A DNA stretch of 64,000 bases from Aureliella sp. Its GTDB lineage: Bacteria > Planctomycetota > Planctomycetia > Pirellulales > Pirellulaceae. Position numbers and translations under genes: made by a program. A model generated the notes under the pieces. It made no database searches, had not been told where the DNA came from, and was given only the letters and a program-made list of their open reading frames with translations. Location: contig OY829846.1 in assembly GCA_963691875.1 (NCBI GenBank), forward strand, positions 2,048,001-2,112,000, written 5' to 3'. Shown piece by piece: positions 9,251 through 19,124 of this stretch. The first letter of the stretch is position 1. Every line of letters begins with the position of its first letter.

Positions 9251-9325
9251 GATGAACAGAAAACAGCGCTCTCAGAACCACTCTGAGGTCACGTTTGGAT
9301 AACGAAATCGCTTATGAAAACAAAG

Positions 9326-9399
9326 GGTGAGTAACGGGGCTCGAACCCGTGACCACTGGAACCACAATCCAGTGCTCTACCAACTGAGCTATACTCACC
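9326..9399 (-). tRNA. tRNA-His(GUG); complete CCA not encoded
   Basis: Reverse complement GGTGAGTATAGCTCAGTTGGTAGAGCACTGGATTGTGGTTCCAGTGGTCACGGGTTCGAGCCCCGTTACTCACC forms a cloverleaf with a GTG anticodon and a G-1:C73 pair. Confidence 0.97.
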
Positions 9400-10215
9400 G
9401 TGTGGGGGCAAATTCTAATTTTCGTGCGCCCTATCGTCAACTTACGATTTGCTCTTCGTAAGGTCTCTTCATCATGCGGATACTCAGGTCCGACGTGGGA
9501 TAAGCCAGAATTCCTGGTTTGATCCGCCGACCCTCATTCAATGCGGGTTTTCCACATCGCTGGCGGTCAGAGTTAGCAAGGGGAAATTGGCTCGGAGTGC
9601 CGCACCGCTGGCGGAACAAGGCTGCGGCAACGCGAATCCCTAGAGAAGAACCTTCCAGTGCCCGATGGCACAAAACAACGCGAGCATAGGGTGTCTGGTT
9701 AGGTGCGTTTTGTGGGCACAGCATTGGCTACGAGCCTCGCAGCTCTCTTGATTCTATTGTCAATGGCCCGAAGCTTGACGACTTCCGCTGCTAACGAACC
9801 ACAGTGTCCAGGAAGGACGAATGGCATATTATCGATCGCCTTGCAGCCGAGTTCGTGGATTTACCCGCTACAGAAAAGCATTGAGAACAAAATGCTTACT
9901 TGTCTTGTTTGATGGATTTCAAGCGAATCCACGGCGGAGAGGACAGCGAAAAGATTGCTAGCTAAGGAGGTTAGACTTTTTATTGGTAATTTGTAGCGAT
10001 CAGTAAAAGTTTACGGGCGCCTGCGACGATAAAGTTCCTTGTCAGGGCGTTTTGCTTTAAGTGTGGAACGTGTGTGAGTTCATTTCTCACCGGCCTGACA
10101 GGGGGTTCGAAAGCAAGATTCCGTTACGACAGGGATCATTCTCACGGCACTTTGCCTCGTCGGCATCGTTGTCGAAGAATGATGCTCGTGACAGACTCGG
10201 TAGGACCTCGCTCCG

Positions 10216-12621
10216 ATGAGCCGCCCCATTTTCCGATTGGCCGCCTTACTTCAAATCGTCATCGTTCTGGCGACTGGTTGTGCTCCCACACAGCCCTTCT
10301 TCATCGCCAACGATCCTGGACGAGCCAACTTTATTGCTCAGTCGATGAGCATTGACTATGCCGACGTTCATGTCGACAGCTTGCAGGAAGTCGCCGCAGT
10401 CTATCCGCCTTTCGGTCCAGGCAATCTGCCGGAAGAATTCCTCGACTATTCGCTCGAAGACTGTATCGCCATCGCGTTGAATAACTCAAAGATCCTGAGG
10501 GTCATTCCTGGTTCGAACCCGAATTCAGGCAGTATTCTGGATCAGATCCTCAGCGCCACACCAGGCCAGATGCCCAGCCGTTGGGATCCAGCAATTGTCA
10601 GCACTCGCGCTAGCTCGCAGCCGGCTGCTGTTGATAACCAAGGAAACCGTATCGCGCCGCGCAGCCTAATCCGAGCCAATCAAGTAGGTGGTGTTGAGGA
10701 CGCATTAAGCGAATTCGACGCTCAGTTCTTTGCAGTCATGGGCTACAACACAACCGACCGCCCTCGAAACGTCGCGCCCGGCAACGTGTTCAACCCACAG
10801 TTCTTCCAGGCTCGCGATGCCAACGCACTGGCCGCACTCTCGAAGCGGATGGCGACAGGTACCGTTGCAACTGCACGGTTCGCAACGATCTACTCTAGTA
10901 ACAACATTCCTACGCCGACACCACAGAACCCGAACAACTTCGGCCGGAACGTTCCAAGCGACTACACGGCGACGATGGAACTACAAGTAAATCAACCTCT
11001 CCTCCGTGGTCGCGGCACCTTGGTCAACCGCATTCCAATCGTGTTGGCTCGAATCAACGAAGATCTTGAGCTGCATCAGTTCGAAACCAATGTTCGCAAC
11101 TTGATTCGTGATGTTGAGTTCGCCTACTGGAACTTGTACTGCGGTTATCAAGTATTCCGGGCATCGAAGGACGCTCACAACAGTGCTCTTGAGCTGTGGA
11201 AAGTGGCCAAGGCACGCAACGACATTGGAGAAGGTGCACCGGAGGCGGAAGCACAAGCTCGCTCGCAACTCAAGCTATTCGAAGGTCGCCTGACCGCGGC
11301 ACTCTACGGATCGCGAGTCCAAGGCAACGAGCCAGAGGGGCTACTCGGACGTGAAATGGTCCTTCGTGAGAAGATGGGACTAGGTGCATGCGACGGTAAA
11401 CTTCTACGCCCGGCTGACCAGCCGAACCTGGCTCGAGTCCATTTCGACTGGTATGAGATCCATGCTGAGGCCTTGGCGCGAAACACAGAATTGCGTCGCC
11501 AGAAGTGGGCGATTAAGCAACGAGAGCTAGAGCTGGTACTAGCAAAGAACCACACCTTACCCCAATTCGACCTCGTATCTTTCTATCGATGGGTTGGCGT
11601 CGGCGACGAGTTTGCAAGAGCCAGTCGAAACGGAATCGACTTTCCGAATGCTGGTTCCAACGCGATTGAGAGCCTAACAGGCGGCGACTATCAAGAAGTC
11701 GGTGTGCGTGCCGAATTGACTCCGCATGCAATGGGAAAACGCCGCGCAGAAGCAAACCTGCAGGGAGCTCGTATCGCGTTGAACAAGTCCAAGGAAGAAT
11801 TGCTCGAGAAGGAAAACGCTCTTACGATGCGACTGCAACGCGAAATGCAATTGCTTGAGTCCCATTTCATACAAATGCAGAACTATGGCGATCAGCTGCA
11901 AGCCCAACAGGAAGAAGCAGCGATCTACATCGATAAGATCGAGAGTAGTGCTGGACAGCTCAACCAGCTGTTGGATCTGCTGCTACGAGCGGAAGAACGC
12001 CAAGCTCAAGCGGAACAGCAGTACTATCAGGCCGTATGCGAATACAACAAACAGATCACCAACATTCACTATTACAAGGGCTCGTTGTTCGACTTGAATT
12101 CGGTCACCCTGCAAGAAGGCGAGTGGGCTGACAAGGCTTACTGGGACGCAGAGGAGCGAGCTCGCGAGCGTGGTGCTGGCATCTACTTCGACTACGGCTA
12201 CACACGACCTGGAGTTATCAGCAATGGACCTGTCGAGCAAGGCTTGCCAACCGAAAGCAACCTTTCGCGTCCGGGATCTGGCCAGCTTGATGAAGTCCCG
12301 AGCATCCCTGGCGAGCCACAGGATCCTGACACTGCTCCAGGTAGTGGCAATGAACGTCCCAAGTTGGAAAAACTTGAAGACCGAAAACCAGTTGCCTTTG
12401 GCTCTGCGGACTGGGTCCAACCAGCTTCCGCCAACGAGCCTGCTGAAGCAAACTACGACTGGGGTGACCTGGGAATGAGCTCCAACAGTCAAACAGACGA
12501 GCCAGCACGGATCGTTGCCTACCCCAAAGTTCGACGGCTGAGCGATGACGAGTCTAGCTCCAGAGCCGTACCCACTTCTTCACGCCCCTTTGTTAATCTT
12601 AGCGACATATGGAATCGTTAG
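10216..12621 (+). CDS. TolC-family outer membrane efflux protein (planctomycete type, lipoprotein)
   Basis: Lipobox LATGC; SLEDCIAIALNN, QPLLRG and RDVEFAYWNL repeats; disordered C-terminal tail. Confidence 0.85.
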   Translation: MSRPIFRLAALLQIVIVLATGCAPTQPFFIANDPGRANFIAQSMSIDYADVHVDSLQEVAAVYPPFGPGNLPEEFLDYSLEDCIAIALNNSKILRVIPGSNPNSGSILDQILSATPGQMPSRWDPAIVSTRASSQPAAVDNQGNRIAPRSLIRANQVGGVEDALSEFDAQFFAVMGYNTTDRPRNVAPGNVFNPQFFQARDANALAALSKRMATGTVATARFATIYSSNNIPTPTPQNPNNFGRNVPSDYTATMELQVNQPLLRGRGTLVNRIPIVLARINEDLELHQFETNVRNLIRDVEFAYWNLYCGYQVFRASKDAHNSALELWKVAKARNDIGEGAPEAEAQARSQLKLFEGRLTAALYGSRVQGNEPEGLLGREMVLREKMGLGACDGKLLRPADQPNLARVHFDWYEIHAEALARNTELRRQKWAIKQRELELVLAKNHTLPQFDLVSFYRWVGVGDEFARASRNGIDFPNAGSNAIESLTGGDYQEVGVRAELTPHAMGKRRAEANLQGARIALNKSKEELLEKENALTMRLQREMQLLESHFIQMQNYGDQLQAQQEEAAIYIDKIESSAGQLNQLLDLLLRAEERQAQAEQQYYQAVCEYNKQITNIHYYKGSLFDLNSVTLQEGEWADKAYWDAEERARERGAGIYFDYGYTRPGVISNGPVEQGLPTESNLSRPGSGQLDEVPSIPGEPQDPDTAPGSGNERPKLEKLEDRKPVAFGSADWVQPASANEPAEANYDWGDLGMSSNSQTDEPARIVAYPKVRRLSDDESSSRAVPTSSRPFVNLSDIWNR

Positions 12622-12870
12622 CGGCAGAAGATCCACTTTGAGAATTAATTAGCGTACAGCCGAGTGCTGTGAACGAGGCGAGGGGGCGTCCGGTCGGGTC
12701 CAGTAGCATTGCTACTGCGACCCGTTCGGCATTTATAGCCCGTATCTGTCATTCCGGGTTCTTAGCTCAGCGTTCATATGGAATGCTCTCACGACGTCGG
12801 GAGTTTCGGCTAGACTAGCGATTGACCGTGAAAGTCGTGAAGGACGCCGGCAAATGGGAGCTTTGCACCC

Positions 12871-12920
12871 GGATTCGTACCCCTCATCCACTACGAGGGA
12901 TTTCTCGCGAAATCCACTAT
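12871..12920 (-). repeat. Two degenerate GTAG-type REP copies
   Basis: Reverse complements GTAGTGGATGAGGGGTACGAATCC and ATAGTGGATTTCGCGAGAAATCCC resemble the copies at 21740, 61726 and 62997. Confidence 0.55.
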
Positions 12921-13012
12921 CGGCCAAAGGTCTTTACGGCTTCCGCTACGTATGATTTCCAAAACCACTTGCCCTGCACAACCCCTTCCCCATCCCACCA
13001 CGAGGTCCTACT

Positions 13013-14452
13013 ATGCCGCATTCCGTCTCACGAAGAATGTTCGTTCAAGCAACAGGTTTTGCCGCTGGAGCTGCGGCTCTTTCTCCGGTGCCAACGATCG
13101 CTCGAGGACGTCTGGAAAAACCAACTTTGCTCGGCATTGGAGCCGGCGGCAAGGGACGGGCGGATCTCGAAGGAGCTCAGCGTGCAGGGTTCGATGTAAT
13201 TGCGCTGGCAGACGTGGTCGACATCAAATCCTTCAACGGAGTTGCCGATCGGCGAACTAAAGGCTTGGGGCAGGTGCGAGCAGCTTTCCCAAACGCAACC
13301 TTTGGAACCGACTATCGTGAGATGCTGTCCGAGCTGGGTGACAAGGTCGATGCTGTCACCGTTTCCACACCAGATCACCACCACTTCCATGCCAGTGTGC
13401 AAGCGATGTTGGCAGGCAAGCACGTATATTGTCAAAAGCCTCTGACCCATGGCATTTGGGAAGCTCGCATGATGAGCAAAGTGGCTGCCGATACCGGTGT
13501 GAAAACGCAGATGGGCAATCAAGCTCATGCGAACGATCACATGCGTCGTTGCGTCGAGTTGATTCGAGCTGGAGTCATCGGCAAAATCAAAGAAATTCAT
13601 ACTTGGACAAACCGTCCTATCTGGCCTCAAGGTTTTGCCAAGCCGCCCGCGCCCGAGCCGGTCCCAACGGGACTCGACTGGAAGCAATGGGTCGGACCCG
13701 CGCCTTGGGTGGAATACAATCACGTGATCGCTCCGTTTGCTTGGCGAGGCTGGTGGAATTATGGCACCGGAGCACTTGGTGACATGGCATGCCACATCAT
13801 GGATCTTGGCTATTGGTCAATGAATCCTGGAGCACCAAAAACAGTACTAGCCGAGCAGAATGGTGCAACGGATTTCTCACCACCGATCAACTCCAAAATT
13901 ACTTGGCAGTTTGGCGCGAACGATTTCAGCTCCAAGGATGGCTTCACGATCAATTGGTACGACGGCTACGTAGATGCTAAGTTCAATCGCGAGAAGTGGA
14001 TTCTGGAGAAGGACAGCAAGGAGTACAACCATCCTTCGGAAGAAGTCATGGAAGGTATGAGTTTTTCCAAGTTTGGCAGCGTCATCATTGGCGAAGACGG
14101 CAAGCTATTTTTCAACCGCAGCAACAACAACTGGGTGCTCAAGACAAACAGCAAAGTTGATGGTTTCGAGTGGCCGCCCGAGACGATACCGCGAGCCAAC
14201 AACCAAGACAATTACCTTGAGTGGTACGATGCCGTCACAGGTACGGTCTCGCAAAGCGAATCAAACTTTGCGTTGGCTGGCCCCTTCACCGAAACGATCT
14301 TGCTCGGAGTTCTGGCTCAGCGAGTCGCCGGCCAGAAGTTGATTTGGGACGCAGAGAAAATGCAGGTGAAAGGACGACCTGAGCTCGATCAGTACATCAA
14401 GCGCGAGTACTCCGAAGGCTGGAGCGAGAAGGTGTTGCTCGGAGACGCGTGA
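13013..14452 (+). CDS. Gfo/Idh/MocA-family oxidoreductase, Tat-exported
   Basis: SRRMFV Tat signal; GIGAGGKG; STPDHHH; HVYCQKP; GDMACH. Confidence 0.92.
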   Translation: MPHSVSRRMFVQATGFAAGAAALSPVPTIARGRLEKPTLLGIGAGGKGRADLEGAQRAGFDVIALADVVDIKSFNGVADRRTKGLGQVRAAFPNATFGTDYREMLSELGDKVDAVTVSTPDHHHFHASVQAMLAGKHVYCQKPLTHGIWEARMMSKVAADTGVKTQMGNQAHANDHMRRCVELIRAGVIGKIKEIHTWTNRPIWPQGFAKPPAPEPVPTGLDWKQWVGPAPWVEYNHVIAPFAWRGWWNYGTGALGDMACHIMDLGYWSMNPGAPKTVLAEQNGATDFSPPINSKITWQFGANDFSSKDGFTINWYDGYVDAKFNREKWILEKDSKEYNHPSEEVMEGMSFSKFGSVIIGEDGKLFFNRSNNNWVLKTNSKVDGFEWPPETIPRANNQDNYLEWYDAVTGTVSQSESNFALAGPFTETILLGVLAQRVAGQKLIWDAEKMQVKGRPELDQYIKREYSEGWSEKVLLGDA

Positions 14453-14660
14453 GCGTTTCAAACCACGATCCAAGGACAAGCCTCTACCGAGTTCGCAATC
14501 CCACATTCATCCGGCATAGTCTTGAAAGAAACAGACAGTGCAGCGAAGGGCAAGATGGCGAACTTGGTGCACATCGACGGCAAAAAAAGCTGCGGGGGGT
14601 AACTCCCAATAGCCTGCAGCAGAATCGGACTGATACCGAGCAGGATGTGGGAGCGTTGCC

Positions 14661-14858
14661 TTAGCTTTTTCCATTCAAGAATTGGAAAACAAAGAACAGG
14701 ACAAGAGCTATACCGAGGGCTATAAAGCCGCGGAGTCTCCCAGGCTGAAAATCCTCTTGCAAGTGGCGCATCCGCTCATCACAAGCTTTGCTGGCAGCGC
14801 TGGCAAAGAATGTCCCAAGTACCAACACTAGAATGAACAGAATGAGGTTGGTTTCCAT
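14661..14858 (-). CDS. Small two-TM membrane protein
   Basis: ATG start and two hydrophobic segments. Confidence 0.5.
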   Translation of the reverse strand: METNLILFILVLVLGTFFASAASKACDERMRHLQEDFQPGRLRGFIALGIALVLFFVFQFLNGKS

Positions 14859-15116
14859 GAGGTGCTATTTGAGAAGCGTAGGGTAAGTTCCGTTGGAGTC
14901 CTAAATCAACTCCAGTGTTTGCCGATGTTCCCGCATGAAGAATCGGATACTTACAGCCGGCTAGCTAAGGCACCGATTCGGTTTTCTACAGCAATGCCTT
15001 TTGCAGCCTGCTATTCGAAGGACGAGACTGCCTTGTGCAAACTTGCACAAAGTGGGCGATTTAAAATTTGAACTGGCGCCCAGAATCTCCTCTAATGAAT
15101 TCTCCGCTGGTACCTA

Positions 15117-15308
15117 ATGCCAGAATCAGAAACCAACTTCCAAAGAGGGGGCGCTATGATTCACCCTTGCTCAATCACAAGTCGCACTGGATACGACCCG
15201 AAATCCAAACAAGCGCGAGTTCGCGATAGCCTCGCCATCATTAGCTCCATCGTAGGCGTCGGAGCACTCATCTTTAGCATTGGAATTTTATCTCAGTGGA
15301 TGGGCTAG
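15117..15308 (+). CDS. Small membrane protein (start possibly at MIHP, after GAGGGGG)
   Basis: C-terminal hydrophobic helix; RBS-like motif before the second ATG. Confidence 0.4.
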   Translation: MPESETNFQRGGAMIHPCSITSRTGYDPKSKQARVRDSLAIISSIVGVGALIFSIGILSQWMG

Positions 15309-16009
15309 GGGAGCTTATACCTCGTCTTTAGGCAGAGGTGAAAAGCGCAGTGGTCTAGATTTCTGGCGAAAAGGGCTCTGGCGTTTTCGGTTGCTCCTGC
15401 TGTGGACTGCTCCTTACAATCACTGGTTTTCTCTCGACCTTTAGCGGTGGGGATGAGCTTGAGGAGCCTATCATGGATCTATGACGTGCGCTACCGGCAT
15501 CCAAGTCTGCCTGAGATAAAGGCTTTGAAAAGGTCCCTTTTGTGAAGCGGGCCATCAGTCTCCGAGTACGGCAAGGTTAGAATCTCCTGCAGTCCCAAGC
15601 CGGCGTTTGAAAATCGCACTCGCTTGAAACTTGACCTCTGCGGGCGTCCTCTGTCTTGCCTCGACTACATGTAAGTTGGGAACAAGAAACCGTGGAGTAT
15701 TGAAGTTCCGCGTTTGCATCGGACTGTCATTGCGATTTTGCAAGAGGACATTCAGGTAGACTTCACCCCTCGCTTTGAGCTTCGAATGGTTGGGCAGGGC
15801 GATGCATGGCGGCGTCGGGACTGCCACGAGTCCGGGCAAAAGCCCCAAGAACGTGGTCAACAAGATAAGTGATCTTAGCGTGTAGAATCGTCTCTTCATC
15901 GCGTTTGCCCCAGCACTACCCCGCCACAGGAAGAATCGGTGCTTGGATCTTACCACAGCGGTATCTAGAACGAAGGGTTGCGAAAAAACGCAGAAGCGAA
16001 TCGACGTTT

Positions 16010-16588
16010 CTAAAGATTGATTGCCCCAGATGAAGAGAGGAGTTCTAAAGAGGAGAGGTCAAGCTCACCTGAAACTGATTCGCCCGTTGATGCCCCTGCA
16101 TTCTGCGCACGCAGTTCAGCAAGGACATCGTCTGGAACCGGAAACTTATCCAGAACATCGAGGAAACGTAGAGCGCTACCATGAAACGGCCCGCGAGCTT
16201 CACGCCGTATCAACTCTGCTGTAAAAACATGCTCTTTCCCATTCAGCTCAAACATGGCCGCGAGACGCTCGTGCCTCATCGGCTCGACATGAATCAAACC
16301 TAAAGCAGAGTCAGAGACGTCCCGCGTTAGCATTTCGAAGGGAGCTTTGATCGGCTCATTTTCTTTATTGATTGGAACGGCAAGAACAGTAACGAGTAAT
16401 GGAACTCGCTCTTCACATCGTCGCTCATCATGCGCTGCGAACTTTGTCGCATTCTGGAACTGCCGCCTCGCGAAACGAGCTAACTCGTCCGAAATCGTCC
16501 CCAGATAATCCTTCAATTCAAAGCTCTTGACTGATTCTTGGCTCGCTGCGTTATCAGCCTTCGAATTACCCTCTGCCACGGTAGACAC
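16010..16588 (-). CDS. PilZ-domain protein
   Basis: ERRCEERVP (RxxxR) and RDVSDSALG (DxSxxG-like) c-di-GMP-binding motifs. Confidence 0.7.
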   Translation of the reverse strand: MSTVAEGNSKADNAASQESVKSFELKDYLGTISDELARFARRQFQNATKFAAHDERRCEERVPLLVTVLAVPINKENEPIKAPFEMLTRDVSDSALGLIHVEPMRHERLAAMFELNGKEHVFTAELIRREARGPFHGSALRFLDVLDKFPVPDDVLAELRAQNAGASTGESVSGELDLSSLELLSSSGAINL

Positions 16589-17008
16589 GGCTCATTTCCC
16601 TTCGCTCGAGGTCCAGCCGCTCAATTTTCAATGCGAGCCGCTACCTCAAACTTGGAACAACTCCGCCCTCCCCGCGTGAGATACAAGAAAACCTTGCAGA
16701 AAAAATTCCCCCACCCGAGTAGTTCGTGACGATCATGAGGCGCACACCCCTCTTTGAATCTACAAGTTGAGTACTCCATTACAGTATCCAGAGGGACTCA
16801 AGTAGAAAATCAACTGCCCAGCTCTACTACAAATGTTCGTCTTTGGGTGCATCTCTTGCAAACTCAAGCAGCTCGCAGGTGCGGAACCGCGTCGACGGAC
16901 TGGTCAGCGGACCGCAGTGCGATCCCGTTTTCGGGACTTGCCAGCCGACAAGAAAAGCAGATCATAGCGCTATTGAACTACCAATTCCGCTCTCGCAAAC
17001 GAAAACAC

Positions 17009-18073
17009 ATGGAACAGCAAATTCGAGCCTGGAAATGCCAACGATTCGCGGGTTTTGACGCGAGTGGCGGCAAGCGTGAAACCATCTCTCCGCTGCGAGA
17101 AGTGCTGGATTTGACGGAGACCTTCTTGCCGCGTTGCGATGAGAATTCCGTATTGATCCGCAATCATTTTGTGGGTGTCCAGTATCCGGACGCTCTGCAG
17201 GCTCAAGGGTTCTATCAGGAGAGACCGGAACTGCCCTATGTCCCGGGCGTTGATTGTGTAGGTAAAGTTCTAAAAGTTGGTGCCAGCGTGACTCAGGTGC
17301 ACCCCGGCGATATCGTCATCGGCAATATGCCTATTGGTGCCCTCGCGGAAGTTTCTGCTGCTTCGGCAACGCGGATTTGGAAACTGCCTGCTGGATTAGA
17401 CATGCAAAAGTGTGCGAACCTTTCGAGGAATTACTTCTCGGCTTACCACTCGCTTCGGGTGCTCGGAGCAGTAAAGCCCGGGCAGATCGTCTTGGTGGAC
17501 GGGGCCTCTGGCGGCGTAGGGCTCGCGGCGATCCAATTAGCCAAAGCGATGGGGGCCAAGGTGATTGCAGGCGTGAGCGTGGAAGCGAAGACTCGACTTC
17601 CAGAACGAGCGGGCGCCGACAGTGTACTTGTCTACGGACGCGAACAGACGACTTTTCTGGAATTCAAGAAGCAAGTCCGGCAAGTCTGCTCGGAGCTCGG
17701 GCAGCCAGCTGGTGTCGATGTGATCGTCGATATGGTCCAAGGTGAATTATTCGAAACCGCATTGCTGTCCTGCCTTCGTCCACTCGGACGAGTCGCCCTA
17801 GTTGGCTTTACTGCAGGGCAGAAACCCATTCGTCCTGGCATGATCTTGATCAAGCAAGCAACACTGATGGGCAGTATGTGGGGACCATGGTCGCGTGAGA
17901 ACCCGGAGCAGCACAAACAACATGTAGAAGAAATCCTCGACTTCATGGCTTCCGGAAAGGTAGACCCCATAGTTGGCAAGGTCTTCGACTTCGAGGACGC
18001 CATTTCCGCTTTCGAACTTTACGAACGCAACGAAGGACAAGGCAATACGGTCATCCGTTTTCCGCAGAACTGA
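17009..18073 (+). CDS. NADPH:quinone oxidoreductase (zeta-crystallin/MDR family)
   Basis: GVQYPD..QAQGFYQERP.LPYVPG, LVDGASGGVG, GRVALVGF. ATG 17009 is preferred over TTG 16754. Confidence 0.9.
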   Translation: MEQQIRAWKCQRFAGFDASGGKRETISPLREVLDLTETFLPRCDENSVLIRNHFVGVQYPDALQAQGFYQERPELPYVPGVDCVGKVLKVGASVTQVHPGDIVIGNMPIGALAEVSAASATRIWKLPAGLDMQKCANLSRNYFSAYHSLRVLGAVKPGQIVLVDGASGGVGLAAIQLAKAMGAKVIAGVSVEAKTRLPERAGADSVLVYGREQTTFLEFKKQVRQVCSELGQPAGVDVIVDMVQGELFETALLSCLRPLGRVALVGFTAGQKPIRPGMILIKQATLMGSMWGPWSRENPEQHKQHVEEILDFMASGKVDPIVGKVFDFEDAISAFELYERNEGQGNTVIRFPQN

Positions 18074-18689
18074 CGCCCGAAAGCTGCCCGCACCTCCGTA
18101 GCATCCCATTGCTTCTGTGCTCCGGCCAAGATGCAAACGTTAGGCTTCGCAGACGGCAAAGGTTACCCATCGGGAGATCCTGCTGTGAAACGCAAGAATA
18201 GCTTTTCAATGAACTGGTTTATGTTGTTCACCATGGTGTGCGCCTCATCTGGACTGTTCGCCATCTATCTGCAGCTCACATGACATCGCCGCACTTTGCT
18301 TTTCATGCTTTGTATTGCGACGATGTACTCCTGGCTTTGCTGGCTCATGCGGCATTTCCGATATGCATGGTGGTTTGGCTTGACGGTGCGAAGTCTTCTA
18401 GAAAAAACCTAAGGTCACTTTGGCTTCCTACAGCAATAGCTGCGGTCCCGCCTTGCACTGAACTTACCGTTTTTCCGAAACTCGCCACCCAAGTTCGCTT
18501 TCTAGTGCTCAAAATCTGGTTTCATGGAAGTCGCAGCCTCTTGCAAGGCGGGTGATCAAAGTGGATGTTTCGTGGCGACGCAAGTCGAGGAGCAATAGCC
18601 TCACACCACCGTTTTCACCAATGGGCAGGCTGGATCTACAAACCCTTGCGGGTTTTGTTCATTTTGCAGATCGAGAATATGTACCTATG

Positions 18690-19110
18690 TGTTCTGAATT
18701 GAACATCAGCAGCGGTTCAAGCTCCTAGTCTCTTGGGGACGGTTGTTACGCTCTATACTCATACTACAACTACATGTAGAGAGGTTGGTCGTAGTCGCCC
18801 AAGTTAGAGTAGAAGGGACTAACGAAAGTCGAACAAGGAATTTCATATTTCGAAGTTAGGTTTCCAGAGACTTGTCGGCTGGCAAGCACATGCAGCTCTT
18901 GGGGATAAATTCTAGTTGACTTAGGAAAGCCGAAATCAACTAGGGACATTGGAGCTACTTGCTTAGGAACTGAGCACGAAATCTGGTACGACGCGGGGCG
19001 TTAGAGCACGGGGCGAAAGCGTGGAAGCCCAAGTCAACTCGCCCTCGCACTCAATTAGTTCACCAAAGAACCTGTAGGCGTAGGCCAGCCACAGGCTTGT
19101 TGTGTTCGCA
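18690..19110 (+). ncRNA. Candidate large structured non-coding RNA, family unknown
   Basis: Region without a listed ORF, containing at least 8 mutually compatible helices with G-U pairs on the + strand and purine-rich loops (see findings). Confidence 0.45.
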
Positions 19111-19124
19111 TCCTGACGGCAAGT

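Larger units (their letters stand above)
1..9325 (-). mobile_element. Integrative element / defence island at tRNA-His; left boundary outside window
   Basis: Integrase directly downstream of the tRNA 3' end, followed by AlpA/DUF1580 genes and RM cargo, all co-oriented. Confidence 0.85.

Noticed and set aside
13028..13795. 255-aa - strand ORF (likewise 30813-31529 and 58512-59174)
   Set aside because: Antisense to well-supported genes.
16754..17008. Long N-terminal extensions in track ORFs (oxidoreductase, blaI, GH57, HIT, pyrE, ABC ATPase, PSD1)
   Set aside because: Family similarity and RBS positions favour downstream starts; the extensions are longest-ORF artefacts.
18135..18200. Possible c-di-GMP-I riboswitch (GGCAAA..)
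   Set aside because: The P2 stem with GNRA loop and the downstream ACGCAAAGC pattern do not match convincingly.
18238..18555. 105-aa ORF in the intergenic gap
   Set aside because: GTG start with no RBS and no recognisable features; unsupported.
18690..19110. Identification as RNase P, tmRNA, a group I/II intron or an IscB omegaRNA
   Set aside because: Diagnostic motifs were not found. CAGAGACT and TAGTC are in the wrong order for group I P7, and there is no adjacent RT or nuclease ORF. Kept as an unknown RNA candidate.
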